A stretch of 64,000 nt of DNA. It comes from Candidatus Flemingiibacterium sp. (GTDB lineage Bacteria; Bacillota; Clostridia; Oscillospirales; CAG-272). Positions within the stretch are counted from its first letter, which is position 1, and every line of letters starts with the position of its first letter. Shown piece after piece: positions 8,095-17,722 of the stretch. The notes below the pieces were generated by a model. That model did not search any database. It worked only from the letters and a program-made list of their open reading frames with translations, and was not told where the DNA came from. Where the stretch lies: NCBI GenBank assembly GCA_045644145.1, contig JAZRGK010000025.1, positions 11,853 to 75,852 of the forward strand. Reading direction: 5' to 3'. The position numbers and the translations under genes were made by a program.

Positions 8095-10896
8095 ATGCTC
8101 TCTCCATCCAGCCATATAAAAATCCACCGAAAGGATCAACAAAAAACAATGAATGACAACTCAAAAGCCTTGTCAGATACCAAAAACGGTATCTGCTTCT
8201 CCCGAAATCCCCTCAAACGGATCTCCGCGCAGTTTTACGGGATGAATCATGCCTTCTCCGCGTTTTTCCTGCCTGTAATTATAATGGCACTTATATACAC
8301 CGCAATGAAGGTGTATCCATTTGGAGAAAACTCGGTGCTGGTGCTTGATCTTAACGGTCAGTATGTGTACTACTTTGAGGCCATGCGCGACTTTTTCCGC
8401 GGGGAGCAGGGTATCCTCTACTCTTTTGAGCGTGCGCTTGGCGGAGAATTTCTCGGAATTGTAGCCTATTATCTGGCAAGCCCCTTTACGGTTATCACCG
8501 CGCTTTTCCCAGAGGGCATGATAACCGAATCCCTTTACACCATGCTTCTTTTAAAATGCGGTCTTTGCGGCTTCAATATGTGTGTATACCTGCACAAATC
8601 GCATCCCACAAAGCCCACAAATGAGCTTATCTTTTCGGTTATTTACGCATTAACCTCTTATGCGGTGGTAATGCAGCACAACACCATGTGGATAGACTGT
8701 GTACTGTTTTTCCCCCTCATACTCCTTGGTATCGAATCTCTTATCAAGTACGGAAAATTCAAGCTCTATGTTTTCACCCTCGCTACAGCACTGTTTTCTA
8801 ACTACTACATCGGATACATGGTATGTATCGGAGTTGCGGCGTATTTCTTCTTCTACTACTTCATGTCAACACCCGAGGAACGCAATCCTCTTGACGAAAA
8901 AGCACACTTTCCTAAAGCGCTTGGGCGAATGGCACTGTATTCAATTATTGCCGTAGGAATGGCATCCAGTATCATTCTGCCTGCGTACTATTCCTTGAGC
9001 TTCGGAAAAACCACATTTTCAGAGCCAAATTACGATTTTCTGCAGCGATTTGACTTCCTTGATCTTATATCCAAAATGTATCCTGCATCCTACGACACGG
9101 TGCGTCCCGAAGGTTTGCCGTTCGTATTTTCCGGTACGCTTACGCTCATTCTTCTCCCGGTGTTCTTCCTCATTAAAGAGATCACACCGAGAAAAAAGAT
9201 TGCGTTCGGTCTCATCACCGCTTTCTTCGTGTTCAGCTTCAACAGCACCACACTTGATCTAATATGGCACGGCTTCCAGCGTCCAAATTGGCTGAACTAC
9301 CGCTACAGCTTCATGCTGTGCTTCATATTCATAGTTATAGCATATCTTGCCTTTGAGCATATCGAATCCTTTGACAACCGCATAATACTCGGTACAGGAG
9401 CGGTGCTCGGGCTTATCCTTGTGCTTCTTCAGAAGCTCGAGTACGAGAATCTCGATGACCTTATGGGAATATGGTTTGGCATCGCATGCATTGCTGTGTA
9501 TATGATTCTGCTTGCCGGATGCAACAGAGGATGGCTTGAAGGTGCACTGCCGTCTATCTTGTGCGTATTCGTCTTATTGGAACTGTTCTGCAACGGTCTT
9601 GCGGAAGTAGTTTCTCTTGACGAAGATGTGCGCTACAGTTCACGGACATCATACCGTTCATTTATTGATAAGTGGACGCCTGCAGCAGATTGGATGAACG
9701 AGAACGACACCTCATTCTACCGTGCAGAAAAGACTGACCACCGAAAGACCAACGACAACTTCACTCTTAACATCCGCGGTCTCTCCAACTCGACCTCTAC
9801 ACTCAACGCCAAGCAGATAGACTTCCTGCAGGAGCTTGGCTATGCTTCAAAATCACATTGGTCAAAATATCTTGGCGGCACCCCCGTGTCTGACAGCTTG
9901 CTTGGAGTAAAGTATATGCTTGCCGAAAACTCCAAAAAGCTGAACGACCTATGGGGAGAATCGATATGGTCAGACAATGAAAATTACATCTCCGTTTACA
10001 AAAACGAATACGCGCTCCCCATAGGATACATGGTATCCGAAGAAATGGCTGAGGTTGACCTTGACACTTACGAATCTCCCTTTGAGCGTATGAACGAGCT
10101 TTTTGGCGTAATTCTCGGTGAAGATGAGCCTATAGAGATTTTCAAGCCGTACAGCGATATTGCTCCCACAACAGATAACATCGACACTGCTTATGTCACC
10201 GGACACCGCAAGTACAAAAAGGCGCAAAACGGCTATGAGTCCAAGCTAAACTTTGAACTGATCCCCCAAAACGATTACGAGGTATTTGTGTTCTTCCCAA
10301 GCGAGTACAAACGCGATGCCACACTCAAATTAAACGGCGCGGAAATCTCCGAATACTTCACAAACGAAACCTACCGCATAGTTTCCCTCGGTCGTCTTAC
10401 CCCGAACGAACCTTCCATCGTCACGCTGACTCTTGATGCGGATGACCTCTATATTTCAAGCAGTGCAGATTATTTCTACTACCTTGACGAGGCGCTGTTC
10501 CGGGAAGTTATGCCGCGCATTGCCGAATACGGCTACAATATCGAAAGCTTTACCGACAGCAGCTTTACGGGCACTGTAACCGTTCCTGAAAACCGAACCA
10601 CGTTTATGCTGACCATCCCATATGACGAGGGCTGGAAGATATACGTTGACGGCGAAGAAGCAGTGACCGCTCCCATACTTGAAGCCTTGACCGCAGTGGA
10701 GCTTACAGAGGGCACACATACCCTTGAGCTTTACTATCGTCCCGACTGTGTAGGATACGGAATCATCATATCCGCGGCATCTCATGTGCTTCTTGTTATC
10801 CTGATCGTAACGGAGCAGATAATAAAGCGTAAGCGCGCCGCAAAAACGCTCTATGTCACGGAAAATATCAATGAAGAACCGGAAGTCGAGACATAA
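8095..10896 (+). CDS. YfhO-family polytopic membrane protein (putative glycosyltransferase/glycopolymer modification)
   Basis: 933-aa ORF with many TM helices in the first ~500 aa, a large extracytoplasmic domain and a C-terminal TM helix. The start is ambiguous: ATG 8095 lies 7 nt after the DUF951 stop with no SD, and ATG 8149 has a distant AAAGGA. Confidence 0.75.
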   Translation: MLSPSSHIKIHRKDQQKTMNDNSKALSDTKNGICFSRNPLKRISAQFYGMNHAFSAFFLPVIIMALIYTAMKVYPFGENSVLVLDLNGQYVYYFEAMRDFFRGEQGILYSFERALGGEFLGIVAYYLASPFTVITALFPEGMITESLYTMLLLKCGLCGFNMCVYLHKSHPTKPTNELIFSVIYALTSYAVVMQHNTMWIDCVLFFPLILLGIESLIKYGKFKLYVFTLATALFSNYYIGYMVCIGVAAYFFFYYFMSTPEERNPLDEKAHFPKALGRMALYSIIAVGMASSIILPAYYSLSFGKTTFSEPNYDFLQRFDFLDLISKMYPASYDTVRPEGLPFVFSGTLTLILLPVFFLIKEITPRKKIAFGLITAFFVFSFNSTTLDLIWHGFQRPNWLNYRYSFMLCFIFIVIAYLAFEHIESFDNRIILGTGAVLGLILVLLQKLEYENLDDLMGIWFGIACIAVYMILLAGCNRGWLEGALPSILCVFVLLELFCNGLAEVVSLDEDVRYSSRTSYRSFIDKWTPAADWMNENDTSFYRAEKTDHRKTNDNFTLNIRGLSNSTSTLNAKQIDFLQELGYASKSHWSKYLGGTPVSDSLLGVKYMLAENSKKLNDLWGESIWSDNENYISVYKNEYALPIGYMVSEEMAEVDLDTYESPFERMNELFGVILGEDEPIEIFKPYSDIAPTTDNIDTAYVTGHRKYKKAQNGYESKLNFELIPQNDYEVFVFFPSEYKRDATLKLNGAEISEYFTNETYRIVSLGRLTPNEPSIVTLTLDADDLYISSSADYFYYLDEALFREVMPRIAEYGYNIESFTDSSFTGTVTVPENRTTFMLTIPYDEGWKIYVDGEEAVTAPILEALTAVELTEGTHTLELYYRPDCVGYGIIISAASHVLLVILIVTEQIIKRKRAAKTLYVTENINEEPEVET

Positions 10897-10913
10897 TTCC
10901 ACTATACTCAAAA

Positions 10914-10949
10914 CAATCCCCACTATTTGCAGAGTGGGGATTGTTTTTT
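10914..10949 (+). terminator. rho-independent terminator after the YfhO gene
   Basis: Stem caatccccact / agtggggattg followed by TTTTTT. Confidence 0.8.
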
Positions 10950-10966
10950 GGGGCTTTAGTGCAATT

Positions 10967-10996
10967 AAAAAGGAAGATGCTCGCATCTTCCTTTTT
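10967..10996 (-). terminator. terminator after rpsU (hairpin flanked by A/T runs, possibly bidirectional)
   Basis: The sequence aaaaaggaagatg-ctcg-catcttccttttt is a perfect stem flanked by A5 and T5. Confidence 0.75.
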
Positions 10997-11021
10997 AACT
11001 CATTAAATTAACTTGCGGTAA

Positions 11022-11198
11022 TTATTTGGACTTGCGCTTTCTTGCTGCTTCAGATTTCTTCTTGCGCTTTACGCTGGGCTTTTCGTAATGTTCTCTCTTA
11101 CGAAGCTCGGAAAGAACTCCGGATCTTGCGCACTGTCTCTTAAATCTGCGAAGAGCGCTGTCGAGCGATTCATTCTCTTTTACTCTGACTTCTGCCAT
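11022..11198 (-). CDS. rpsU: 30S ribosomal protein S21
   Basis: I translated this by hand: [71 protein letters not shown] lies upstream. At 58 aa it is below the ORF-track cutoff. Confidence 0.95.
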   Translation of the reverse strand: MAEVRVKENESLDSALRRFKRQCARSGVLSELRKREHYEKPSVKRKKKSEAARKRKSK

Positions 11199-11285
11199 TC
11201 TAAATTCCCTCCCTCCGCAAGTGCACAGAAAACCGCTTTCGGTTTTCCGAGATAAACAGTGTAGTGTTTTTTTATCTCTCCGAAT

Positions 11286-11314
11286 ATTATACTATAAAAC
11301 GCTGCTTATGTCAA
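11286..11314 (-). promoter_or_regulatory. consensus sigma-A promoter of rpsU
   Basis: Reverse strand reads TTGACA-17 nt-TATAAT, an exact consensus. Confidence 0.7.
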
Positions 11315-11391
11315 GTAGTTAGACTAAATTTGGCGAAATTTTTTTAAAAAGCCCAAACAAATACTGTACCACCTTCTGCAAAAAGCGCATC

Positions 11392-11416
11392 GCCGTCGGA
11401 CTTTTCGTCCGACGGC
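11392..11416 (-). terminator. hairpin after leuS
   Basis: Perfect 10-bp stem gccgtcggac-ttttc-gtccgacggc, 10 nt after the leuS stop. The T-run is displaced (GATGCGCTTTTTG). Confidence 0.55.
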
Positions 11417-11425
11417 ACGTTCGCT

Positions 11426-13828
11426 TTATCTAACAACTATATTAACAATCTTACCGGGAACGCTGATTTCCTTCACAATGGTCTTGCCCTCAAGGAAAGG
11501 CTTCATGCGCTCATCCGCTTTAACAAGCGCAATAGCATCTTCCTTGGATGTATCCGCAGGAATCTCCTTGGTGAACTTCAGCTTGCCGCTTACCTGAACC
11601 GCGATTTCCACGGTAGAGTCAACAGTCTTCGCCTCATCCCACTCAGGCCATGCCGCAACTGCGCAAAGCTCCTTGTTTCCAAGGCTCTCCCAAATTTCCT
11701 CTGCAATATGAGGTGCGAAGGGAGAAAGCAGACGCACGAACGCGCCAAGCTCATCTTTTGTAAAAGAACCGCAGTCGTAGATCTCGTTGATAAGACTCAT
11801 GAGGGTTGCAATAGCAGTATTGAACTTCATGTCTTCAATATCGAGAGACACCTTCTTTATCGCCTTGTGGAAGGATGATTCAAGCTTAGCCGTAGCACCC
11901 TCACCCTTTACCATATCGCAGAGTCCGGCAACACGGTCGAGGAATCGTTTGCATCCGCGCACGGAATCATCGCTCCAAGGAGTAGCGGAAGAATAATCGC
12001 CCATAAATAGTACATATACGCGAAGAACATCCGCACCGAACTTGTCTACTACGTCGTTAGGGTCTACTACATTGCCCTTGGATTTTGACATTTTATCTCC
12101 GTCCGGACCGAGGATGAGTCCCTGAGCTGTACGCTTTGCGTAAGGCTCGTCAACGGGAACCGCACCTATATCGTAAAGGAAGCGGTGCCAGAAACGTGAG
12201 TAGATAAGGTGACGTGTAACGTGCTCCATACCGCCGTTGTACCAGTCAACGGGCATCCAGTAGTCAAGCGCTTTCTTAGATGCAAACTCCTTATCATTGT
12301 GCGGATCGCAGTATCTGAGGAAGTACCAGGACGAACCTGCCCACTGAGGCATGGTGTCAGTTTCGCGTTTTGCCGCGCCGCCGCACTTGGGGCAGGTGCA
12401 GTTTACGAAGGAATCAATCTTGGCAAGGGGCGACTCGCCGCCCTCGCCGGGGGCAAAGTTTTCAACATTGGGCAGTTTCAGCGGAAGCTCCTCATAGGGA
12501 ACACCCACCATTCCGCAGTGCGGACAATGAATTATCGGAATAGGCTCGCCCCAATAACGCTGACGGTTGAACGCCCAGTCCTTCATCTTGTACTGTATAC
12601 CCTTTTCGCCAACGCCCTTTTCGTCGAGATACTTAAGCATGGTTTCAATAGCTTCCTTCTTGGTCTTGATACCGTTAAGGAAGTCAGAGTTGACCATCTC
12701 GCCATCACCGGTATAAGCTTCCTTGGTGATGTCGCCGCCCTTTATAACCTCGATTATATCAATACCGAACTTCTTTGCAAAGTCATAGTCGCGCTCATCG
12801 TGGGCAGGAACAGCCATAATAGCTCCTGTGCCGTAGCCCATCATAACATAGTCGGAGATGTAGATCGGAATTTCCTTGCCGTTTGCGGGGTTAATGGCGG
12901 AAAGCCCCTCAATACGCACACCGGTCTTGTCCTTCACGAGCTGTGTACGCTCGAACTCGGTCTTCTTCGCGCACTCTTCCTTGTATGCATCAAGTGCGTC
13001 TATGTTGGATATGCGATCACGGTATTTTTCGATAATTGGATGCTCGGGAGCGATTACCATGAAGGTAACGCCAAACATTGTGTCGCATCTTGTTGTGTAA
13101 ATGCGCAGGAAATCGTCTGTACCCGCAATGGCGAAGTTTGCGAAAGCACCCTCGGAGCGCCCGATCCAGTTTTCCTGCTGAAGCTTAACGTTGGGAAGAT
13201 AATCTACCTTGTCAAGACCTTCGAGAAGCTTGTCCGCATATTCGGTTATGCGGAGATACCATACGTCCTTGGACTTCTGCACAACATCGCTGTGGCAGAT
13301 ATCACACTTGCCGCCCTGAGAGTCCTCGTTTGACAGCACGCACTTACAGTGAGGGCAGTAATTTACAAGAGTAGTTGCGCGGAACACAAGTCCTGCGTCA
13401 AACATCTTCCTGAATATCCACTGTGTCCACTTGTAGTAGTCCTCTTCAGTAGTATCTATAACTCGGCTCCAATCAAAGGAGAAGCCAACACGCTTAAGCT
13501 GAGAAGTAAACTTCTCGATGTTCATATCCGTAACCTTACGGGGATGAATACCTGTTTTGATAGCGTAGTTTTCGGTAGGCAGACCGTATGCATCAAATCC
13601 CATAGGGAACAGTACATTATATCCTTGCATGCGTCTTTTTCTCGAAACCACCTCAAGACCGGAATAAGCCTTGATATGACCAACGTGCATGCCTGCACCG
13701 CTGGGATAGGGGAACTCAACGAGTCCGTAGAATTTAGGCTTTGAGCGGTCTTCGGTTGCTTTAAATACACCCTCGGCGTCCCATTTGTCCTGCCATTTCT
13801 TTTCAATGGCGCTGAAATCGTATTTCAT
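11426..13828 (-). CDS. leuS: leucine--tRNA ligase
   Basis: 800 aa with the HIGH motif (GAGMHVGHIKAY), KMSKS (DKMSKSKGNVV) and a typical LeuRS N-terminus MKYDFSAIEKKWQDKW. Confidence 0.97.
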   Translation of the reverse strand: MKYDFSAIEKKWQDKWDAEGVFKATEDRSKPKFYGLVEFPYPSGAGMHVGHIKAYSGLEVVSRKRRMQGYNVLFPMGFDAYGLPTENYAIKTGIHPRKVTDMNIEKFTSQLKRVGFSFDWSRVIDTTEEDYYKWTQWIFRKMFDAGLVFRATTLVNYCPHCKCVLSNEDSQGGKCDICHSDVVQKSKDVWYLRITEYADKLLEGLDKVDYLPNVKLQQENWIGRSEGAFANFAIAGTDDFLRIYTTRCDTMFGVTFMVIAPEHPIIEKYRDRISNIDALDAYKEECAKKTEFERTQLVKDKTGVRIEGLSAINPANGKEIPIYISDYVMMGYGTGAIMAVPAHDERDYDFAKKFGIDIIEVIKGGDITKEAYTGDGEMVNSDFLNGIKTKKEAIETMLKYLDEKGVGEKGIQYKMKDWAFNRQRYWGEPIPIIHCPHCGMVGVPYEELPLKLPNVENFAPGEGGESPLAKIDSFVNCTCPKCGGAAKRETDTMPQWAGSSWYFLRYCDPHNDKEFASKKALDYWMPVDWYNGGMEHVTRHLIYSRFWHRFLYDIGAVPVDEPYAKRTAQGLILGPDGDKMSKSKGNVVDPNDVVDKFGADVLRVYVLFMGDYSSATPWSDDSVRGCKRFLDRVAGLCDMVKGEGATAKLESSFHKAIKKVSLDIEDMKFNTAIATLMSLINEIYDCGSFTKDELGAFVRLLSPFAPHIAEEIWESLGNKELCAVAAWPEWDEAKTVDSTVEIAVQVSGKLKFTKEIPADTSKEDAIALVKADERMKPFLEGKTIVKEISVPGKIVNIVVR

Positions 13829-13858
13829 AGTATTTCCTCTTTTTATATTATTATTTTT

Positions 13859-14269
13859 TTACTGTACCAAAATATCCGAAATATCCACCGATTCTGCTTC
13901 CCCCCAAAGCTTTTCAAGCTTATAGAAGTCACGGCTGTCGCGGTTCATAATATGCACCATAACACATCCGAAGTCGAGGACAATCCACTCCCCCTCAGAG
14001 TAGCCATCAATGCGATGGGGAGCAACTCCGCAAAGTCCCAACTTATACTCAGCCTCACCGGCAAGCGCTTTTATATTGGTGTTAGATGTACCGCCGCATA
14101 TTACGAAATAATCGGCGATTACAGTCTGATCCGCCACACGGAGAAGCTTTATATCCCTGCCTTTTTTCATGTCAAGCACATGCACGAGAGTTTTGGCGAT
14201 CTCCAGCGGATCGGCGTTTGCAAGCTCCGGATGATTTTCGGGAGTTATCATATCAAGTTTGTTTTCCAT
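13859..14269 (-). CDS. rsfS: ribosomal silencing factor RsfS
   Basis: The ATG at 14269 follows AAAGGAAC; the track start at 14284 is GTG. The size and sequence are RsfS-typical (DIKLLRVADQTVIADYFVICGGTSNT). Confidence 0.88.
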   Translation of the reverse strand: MENKLDMITPENHPELANADPLEIAKTLVHVLDMKKGRDIKLLRVADQTVIADYFVICGGTSNTNIKALAGEAEYKLGLCGVAPHRIDGYSEGEWIVLDFGCVMVHIMNRDSRDFYKLEKLWGEAESVDISDILVQ

Positions 14270-14307
14270 ATAAGTTCCTTTCACAGTATATTATAAAATT
14301 TCCAAAA

Positions 14308-15513
14308 TCAGTATGTGGGGATGTTTATGCCATCCTCGTCTATTTTATCTGCGGTTTCAACCACTGCACCTGACGCTTCGGCAAAATAGATTTTTGCGAA
14401 TGCAGGAAAGTCCTCATCGGTAAATGCATTTGACGAGTCAAACATTTCTTCAGTTATGGGAAGGTTATAAACATTAAAATAGCGGTTTATTACATCAAGG
14501 GTATCAGCACGGTGCATAATATAGTACCATGCCCCCGATGTTGCACGGCAATCCTGTCCCGGAAGCGTCATCATAGACACATTTTCCATATCAACGGAGA
14601 GCAGTTCTTTTGCGTATATGATTATATCGGCAAGAGCTACATCTGTTGTGACATGTTTTATAGCCTGCTCCGCAAGCTGCGGTACTGTAGAAATGGACAG
14701 ACTTGACGTGAGCTGCTTAAACAGCGCCGTCAAAAATATCTTCTGTGAATTCATACGTCCGATATCGCCCTGAACAAAACCTGAGCGGTAACGTACAAAC
14801 ATCTCCGCTTCCTTGCCCCACAGAGTTTGAGGTCCTTTGTTTAAATGGATATATAAGTCCTGATCCGGATCCTCGTAATGCATTTCGTATGGTACATCCA
14901 TATATACGCCACCGATAACATCGATAATATTACGGAAGCCCTCAAGATTTACAATAGCATATCCGTCTATCTGTATGCAAAGACTCTTTTCGAGTGCTTC
15001 TGCGGTCTTCTGCATACCCGCTTTAAGAAGCTCTATCTGGTTAAGCTTTGGGTTTTCGCTGTATGCGGCATTACGCTTTATTTTCATCATGGTATTAATT
15101 CTTCCGTGCATGCCGTCAAGCTCTGTATAGGTATCGCGCGGTATCTGCAGGACACTGAGGTTGCTCTCACGCATGTTGAAGTTTACTATCATCATTACAT
15201 CCGTGTTCCATGCCTCCTTATCCCGTCCCATAACCAGAAAATTCACAATCTCCGTATCGCGCAGATATACGTTTTCCGGTGGAACATCCTCGGTATCATT
15301 AGTTCCGTCATCTGACTGCCCTGTACTGTCAGGCTCAACTGTATCCACCATAAACGGCGGAACATCGGTATCTACAGACGGTCTGTAGACTTCAAGAAAT
15401 GTTGCTACACCCGCAATAGATAGGAAAATCACCGCACTTACAGCAATAAGTACTATCTTCCCTACAGCGACTCTGCCCTTTCTCGGACGTCTTTTATTCA
15501 TTTGCCCTTTCAT
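14308..15513 (-). CDS. LytR-CpsA-Psr (LCP) family cell-envelope phosphotransferase, N-terminal membrane anchor
   Basis: 401 aa. A basic N-terminus plus TM helix (VGKIVLIAVSAVIFLSIAGVATFL) is followed by an LCP-type domain (NFLVMGRD...SVLQIPRDT). The SD is GAGGTGA. Confidence 0.8.
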   Translation of the reverse strand: MKGQMNKRRPRKGRVAVGKIVLIAVSAVIFLSIAGVATFLEVYRPSVDTDVPPFMVDTVEPDSTGQSDDGTNDTEDVPPENVYLRDTEIVNFLVMGRDKEAWNTDVMMIVNFNMRESNLSVLQIPRDTYTELDGMHGRINTMMKIKRNAAYSENPKLNQIELLKAGMQKTAEALEKSLCIQIDGYAIVNLEGFRNIIDVIGGVYMDVPYEMHYEDPDQDLYIHLNKGPQTLWGKEAEMFVRYRSGFVQGDIGRMNSQKIFLTALFKQLTSSLSISTVPQLAEQAIKHVTTDVALADIIIYAKELLSVDMENVSMMTLPGQDCRATSGAWYYIMHRADTLDVINRYFNVYNLPITEEMFDSSNAFTDEDFPAFAKIYFAEASGAVVETADKIDEDGINIPTY

Positions 15514-15521
15514 CTATCAGT

Positions 15522-16154
15522 TCACCTCGACATTAAAAGAAAGCTGTTTCTTGCCGCCACAGTGTCGGCATGTATAGGCTTTCTGTCACCAACAAGCTCG
15601 TTTATCGTCATATCAAACGCCATAATCATTGTATTTTTCAAAAGCTTCTGCTTGCTTTCATCATCACTCGCAAGCAATAAACCGTCATAGAAAAATCTAC
15701 GCAGCTCCACGCAGGACTCAAATGTACGAGTATCCTCTATAAAGTCTGCGAGGAACATGAGTATTTCACAAATATTCATGCCGCTATGACCGGTAGTGTG
15801 CCATCTTATTGCAGAAAGTATTTTTTCTTCCGCATATTCAGGGAAATCTCTCATTATAACCGCTTCGGCTGTACGAGAATGAAAAATTTTCGGTGTATAT
15901 GTTTCCTCTGCCGTATATGCTATACCTGATTCCTCGCATATTTGCAACTGTTTTATAAAAGGAAGTTCCTTTGTGATATCATGAAGCAAAGCCGCTGCTC
16001 TGAGAGAAAACTCATCTTCCGGCGCGTACACATGGCTAAGTTCACATATCTCCCGTTCTACGGCATAGGTGTGTGCTAACCGTTTTTCGCTCATATACGG
16101 GCATATTTTGCCGCGAAGCTCCAAGAGGGCTTCTTCTTGTAATTCAGTTATCAT
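15522..16154 (-). CDS. yqeK: HD-domain bis(5'-nucleosyl)-tetraphosphatase YqeK
   Basis: 210 aa with HD motifs (RLAHTYAVE..., AALLHDITKE). It sits in the conserved position after nadD and overlaps nadD by 11 nt. Confidence 0.85.
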   Translation of the reverse strand: MITELQEEALLELRGKICPYMSEKRLAHTYAVEREICELSHVYAPEDEFSLRAAALLHDITKELPFIKQLQICEESGIAYTAEETYTPKIFHSRTAEAVIMRDFPEYAEEKILSAIRWHTTGHSGMNICEILMFLADFIEDTRTFESCVELRRFFYDGLLLASDDESKQKLLKNTMIMAFDMTINELVGDRKPIHADTVAARNSFLLMSR

Positions 16155-16791
16155 TATCGTTTTTCCTATAAAGACCGTTTTCTTTTATATATCTTGCCAC
16201 GCGCATTGGAATATAGTCATCTGTTTCCCCATTAGCTTTAAGAGATGATCTAAGCTCGGTAGAGGATATAACTATCGGCGTTTCGCAGATTTCGTGGATG
16301 CGCGCACCGAATTTCTCGGTATATTCTGCCTTTTTTTGTTCTATAGCCGGGGTATTGATCTCGTCTGTTTCCCGTCTGATAAGCACTATCTCCGCAAGAG
16401 AAAATATGTCGTCAGAACGATACCACTTCCCGAGGGTAAAAAACATATCCGTTCCAACAAGCAGAAAAAGTTCTCTGTCAGATGCCGCAAAATGCTCAAG
16501 AGTAAGCACTGTATAGCTTTTTTCTTTGTTCACCGCTTCGAAATCGGACACTTCGATCCTGCCGCCCTTATATGCCGTTGAATCCCCAAAAGCGAGACGT
16601 GCCATTTCAAGACGCTGTTCCACAGTTGCATCCGCAATCATCGGCTTATGGGGCGGAACTGCCGTTGGTACTATAAGGACTTTATCAAGCTCCATCTTTT
16701 CAAGAAAAAGATGCGCCGACCTGACATGTCCCGAATGGATTGGTGAAAAAGCACCGCCGTATATTCCAAGTCGCTCTTTCCTGGTTGCCAT
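16144..16791 (-). CDS. nadD: nicotinate-nucleotide adenylyltransferase
   Basis: 215 aa with the GGAFSPIHSGH (HxGH) motif, in the yhbY-nadD-yqeK context. Confidence 0.92.
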   Translation of the reverse strand: MATRKERLGIYGGAFSPIHSGHVRSAHLFLEKMELDKVLIVPTAVPPHKPMIADATVEQRLEMARLAFGDSTAYKGGRIEVSDFEAVNKEKSYTVLTLEHFAASDRELFLLVGTDMFFTLGKWYRSDDIFSLAEIVLIRRETDEINTPAIEQKKAEYTEKFGARIHEICETPIVISSTELRSSLKANGETDDYIPMRVARYIKENGLYRKNDNDN

Positions 16792-16792
16792 T

Positions 16793-17092
16793 TTATTTTA
16801 TCAGTGAAAGATCTATCTTCTTGTGATCAACAGACTCGCGGTACAACACAAATCTCGTACCGATAACTTGTACCACATCCGCTCCCACTTCCTCGGCAAT
16901 CAAATTTGCCGCTTCCTTGGCATTGTAGTCGCAGTTTTCCAAAACGCGAAGCTTAATAAGCTCCCTTGCCTCAAGGGCGTTTGAGATCTGCTCGCACATA
17001 TTCTCGGAAATACCGCCCTTGCCTACCTGAAATATTGTATCGTATGTCTGCGCCATACCGCGAAGGTAGGCACGCTGTTTGCTTGTTAACAT
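16793..17092 (-). CDS. yhbY: CRM-domain RNA-binding protein YhbY
   Basis: 99 aa, MLTSKQRAYLRGMAQTYDTIFQVGKGGI... Its start overlaps the rdgB stop (TGATG). Confidence 0.88.
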   Translation of the reverse strand: MLTSKQRAYLRGMAQTYDTIFQVGKGGISENMCEQISNALEARELIKLRVLENCDYNAKEAANLIAEEVGADVVQVIGTRFVLYRESVDHKKIDLSLIK

Positions 17093-17706
17093 CAGTTCTC
17101 TCCGTAGTTATCTATATATTCTTTAAATTTCACCGCAAACTCACGCATCGCTTTGCCGCGATGGCTAACTGAGTTCTTCTCCTCGGGCGTAAGAGCCGCA
17201 AAAGTCTTGCCGAATGGCTCGTAGTAGAACAGCGGATCATATCCGAATCCGCCATTTCCGTCCGGTGCATGGAGTATACGTCCCTCGCATACGCCGTGCA
17301 CTGCAAAATGCGTACCATCCGGGAATGCGCAAGTTACAACTGTTCGGAACTGCGCACCGCGCTTATCATCCGGCACATTTTCAAGCGCCTTAAGTAACTT
17401 GGAATTATTTTTCTCATCCGTGGCATCCTCGCCGCTGTAACGTGCGGAATATATGCCCGGCGCACCATCAAGAGAATCTACCGTAAGCCCGGAATCGTCC
17501 GCAACACCTATATAACCGAGCTTTGCAGGCACGGATGCCTTTATAAGCGAATTTTCCTCGAAGCTGTTGCCGTCCTCAACAATTTCATCAGAGTATCCGA
17601 TGTCGTCAAGGGACAGCACCTGTACTTTAGACGTAAGAGAACCGAGTAAAGTTTCAAGTTCCTTGATTTTTTTCTTATTTCTTGATGCAAGAACCAATTT
17701 TATCAT
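17092..17706 (-). CDS. rdgB: non-canonical purine NTP pyrophosphatase (XTP/dITP diphosphatase)
   Basis: The ATG at 17706 follows a GAGGATGG SD; the track extension to 17748 overlaps ftsY. Motifs are LASRNKKKIKE, FGYDPLF and SHRG. Confidence 0.9.
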   Translation of the reverse strand: MIKLVLASRNKKKIKELETLLGSLTSKVQVLSLDDIGYSDEIVEDGNSFEENSLIKASVPAKLGYIGVADDSGLTVDSLDGAPGIYSARYSGEDATDEKNNSKLLKALENVPDDKRGAQFRTVVTCAFPDGTHFAVHGVCEGRILHAPDGNGGFGYDPLFYYEPFGKTFAALTPEEKNSVSHRGKAMREFAVKFKEYIDNYGEN

Positions 17707-17722
17707 AGATCCATCCTCAAAA

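Noticed and set aside
10456-10986. 176-aa minus-strand ORF overlapping the 3' end of the YfhO gene and both terminators.
   Set aside because: It has no SD, crosses two terminator hairpins, and its translation is featureless. The plus-strand membrane protein is well supported.
12209-13333. Long ORFs antisense to well-supported genes. They are 12209-13333 (374 aa, opposite leuS), 27932-29089 (385 aa, opposite dprA), 48851-50011 (386 aa, opposite nusA), 51710-53620 (636 aa, opposite infB), 45270-45920 (opposite gap) and 19292-20134 (opposite smc).
   Set aside because: In each case the opposite strand encodes a protein with unmistakable catalytic motifs. The antisense translations are low-complexity, motif-free and lack SD sequences. 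Such shadow ORFs are expected when strong codon bias depletes stop codons on the antisense strand.
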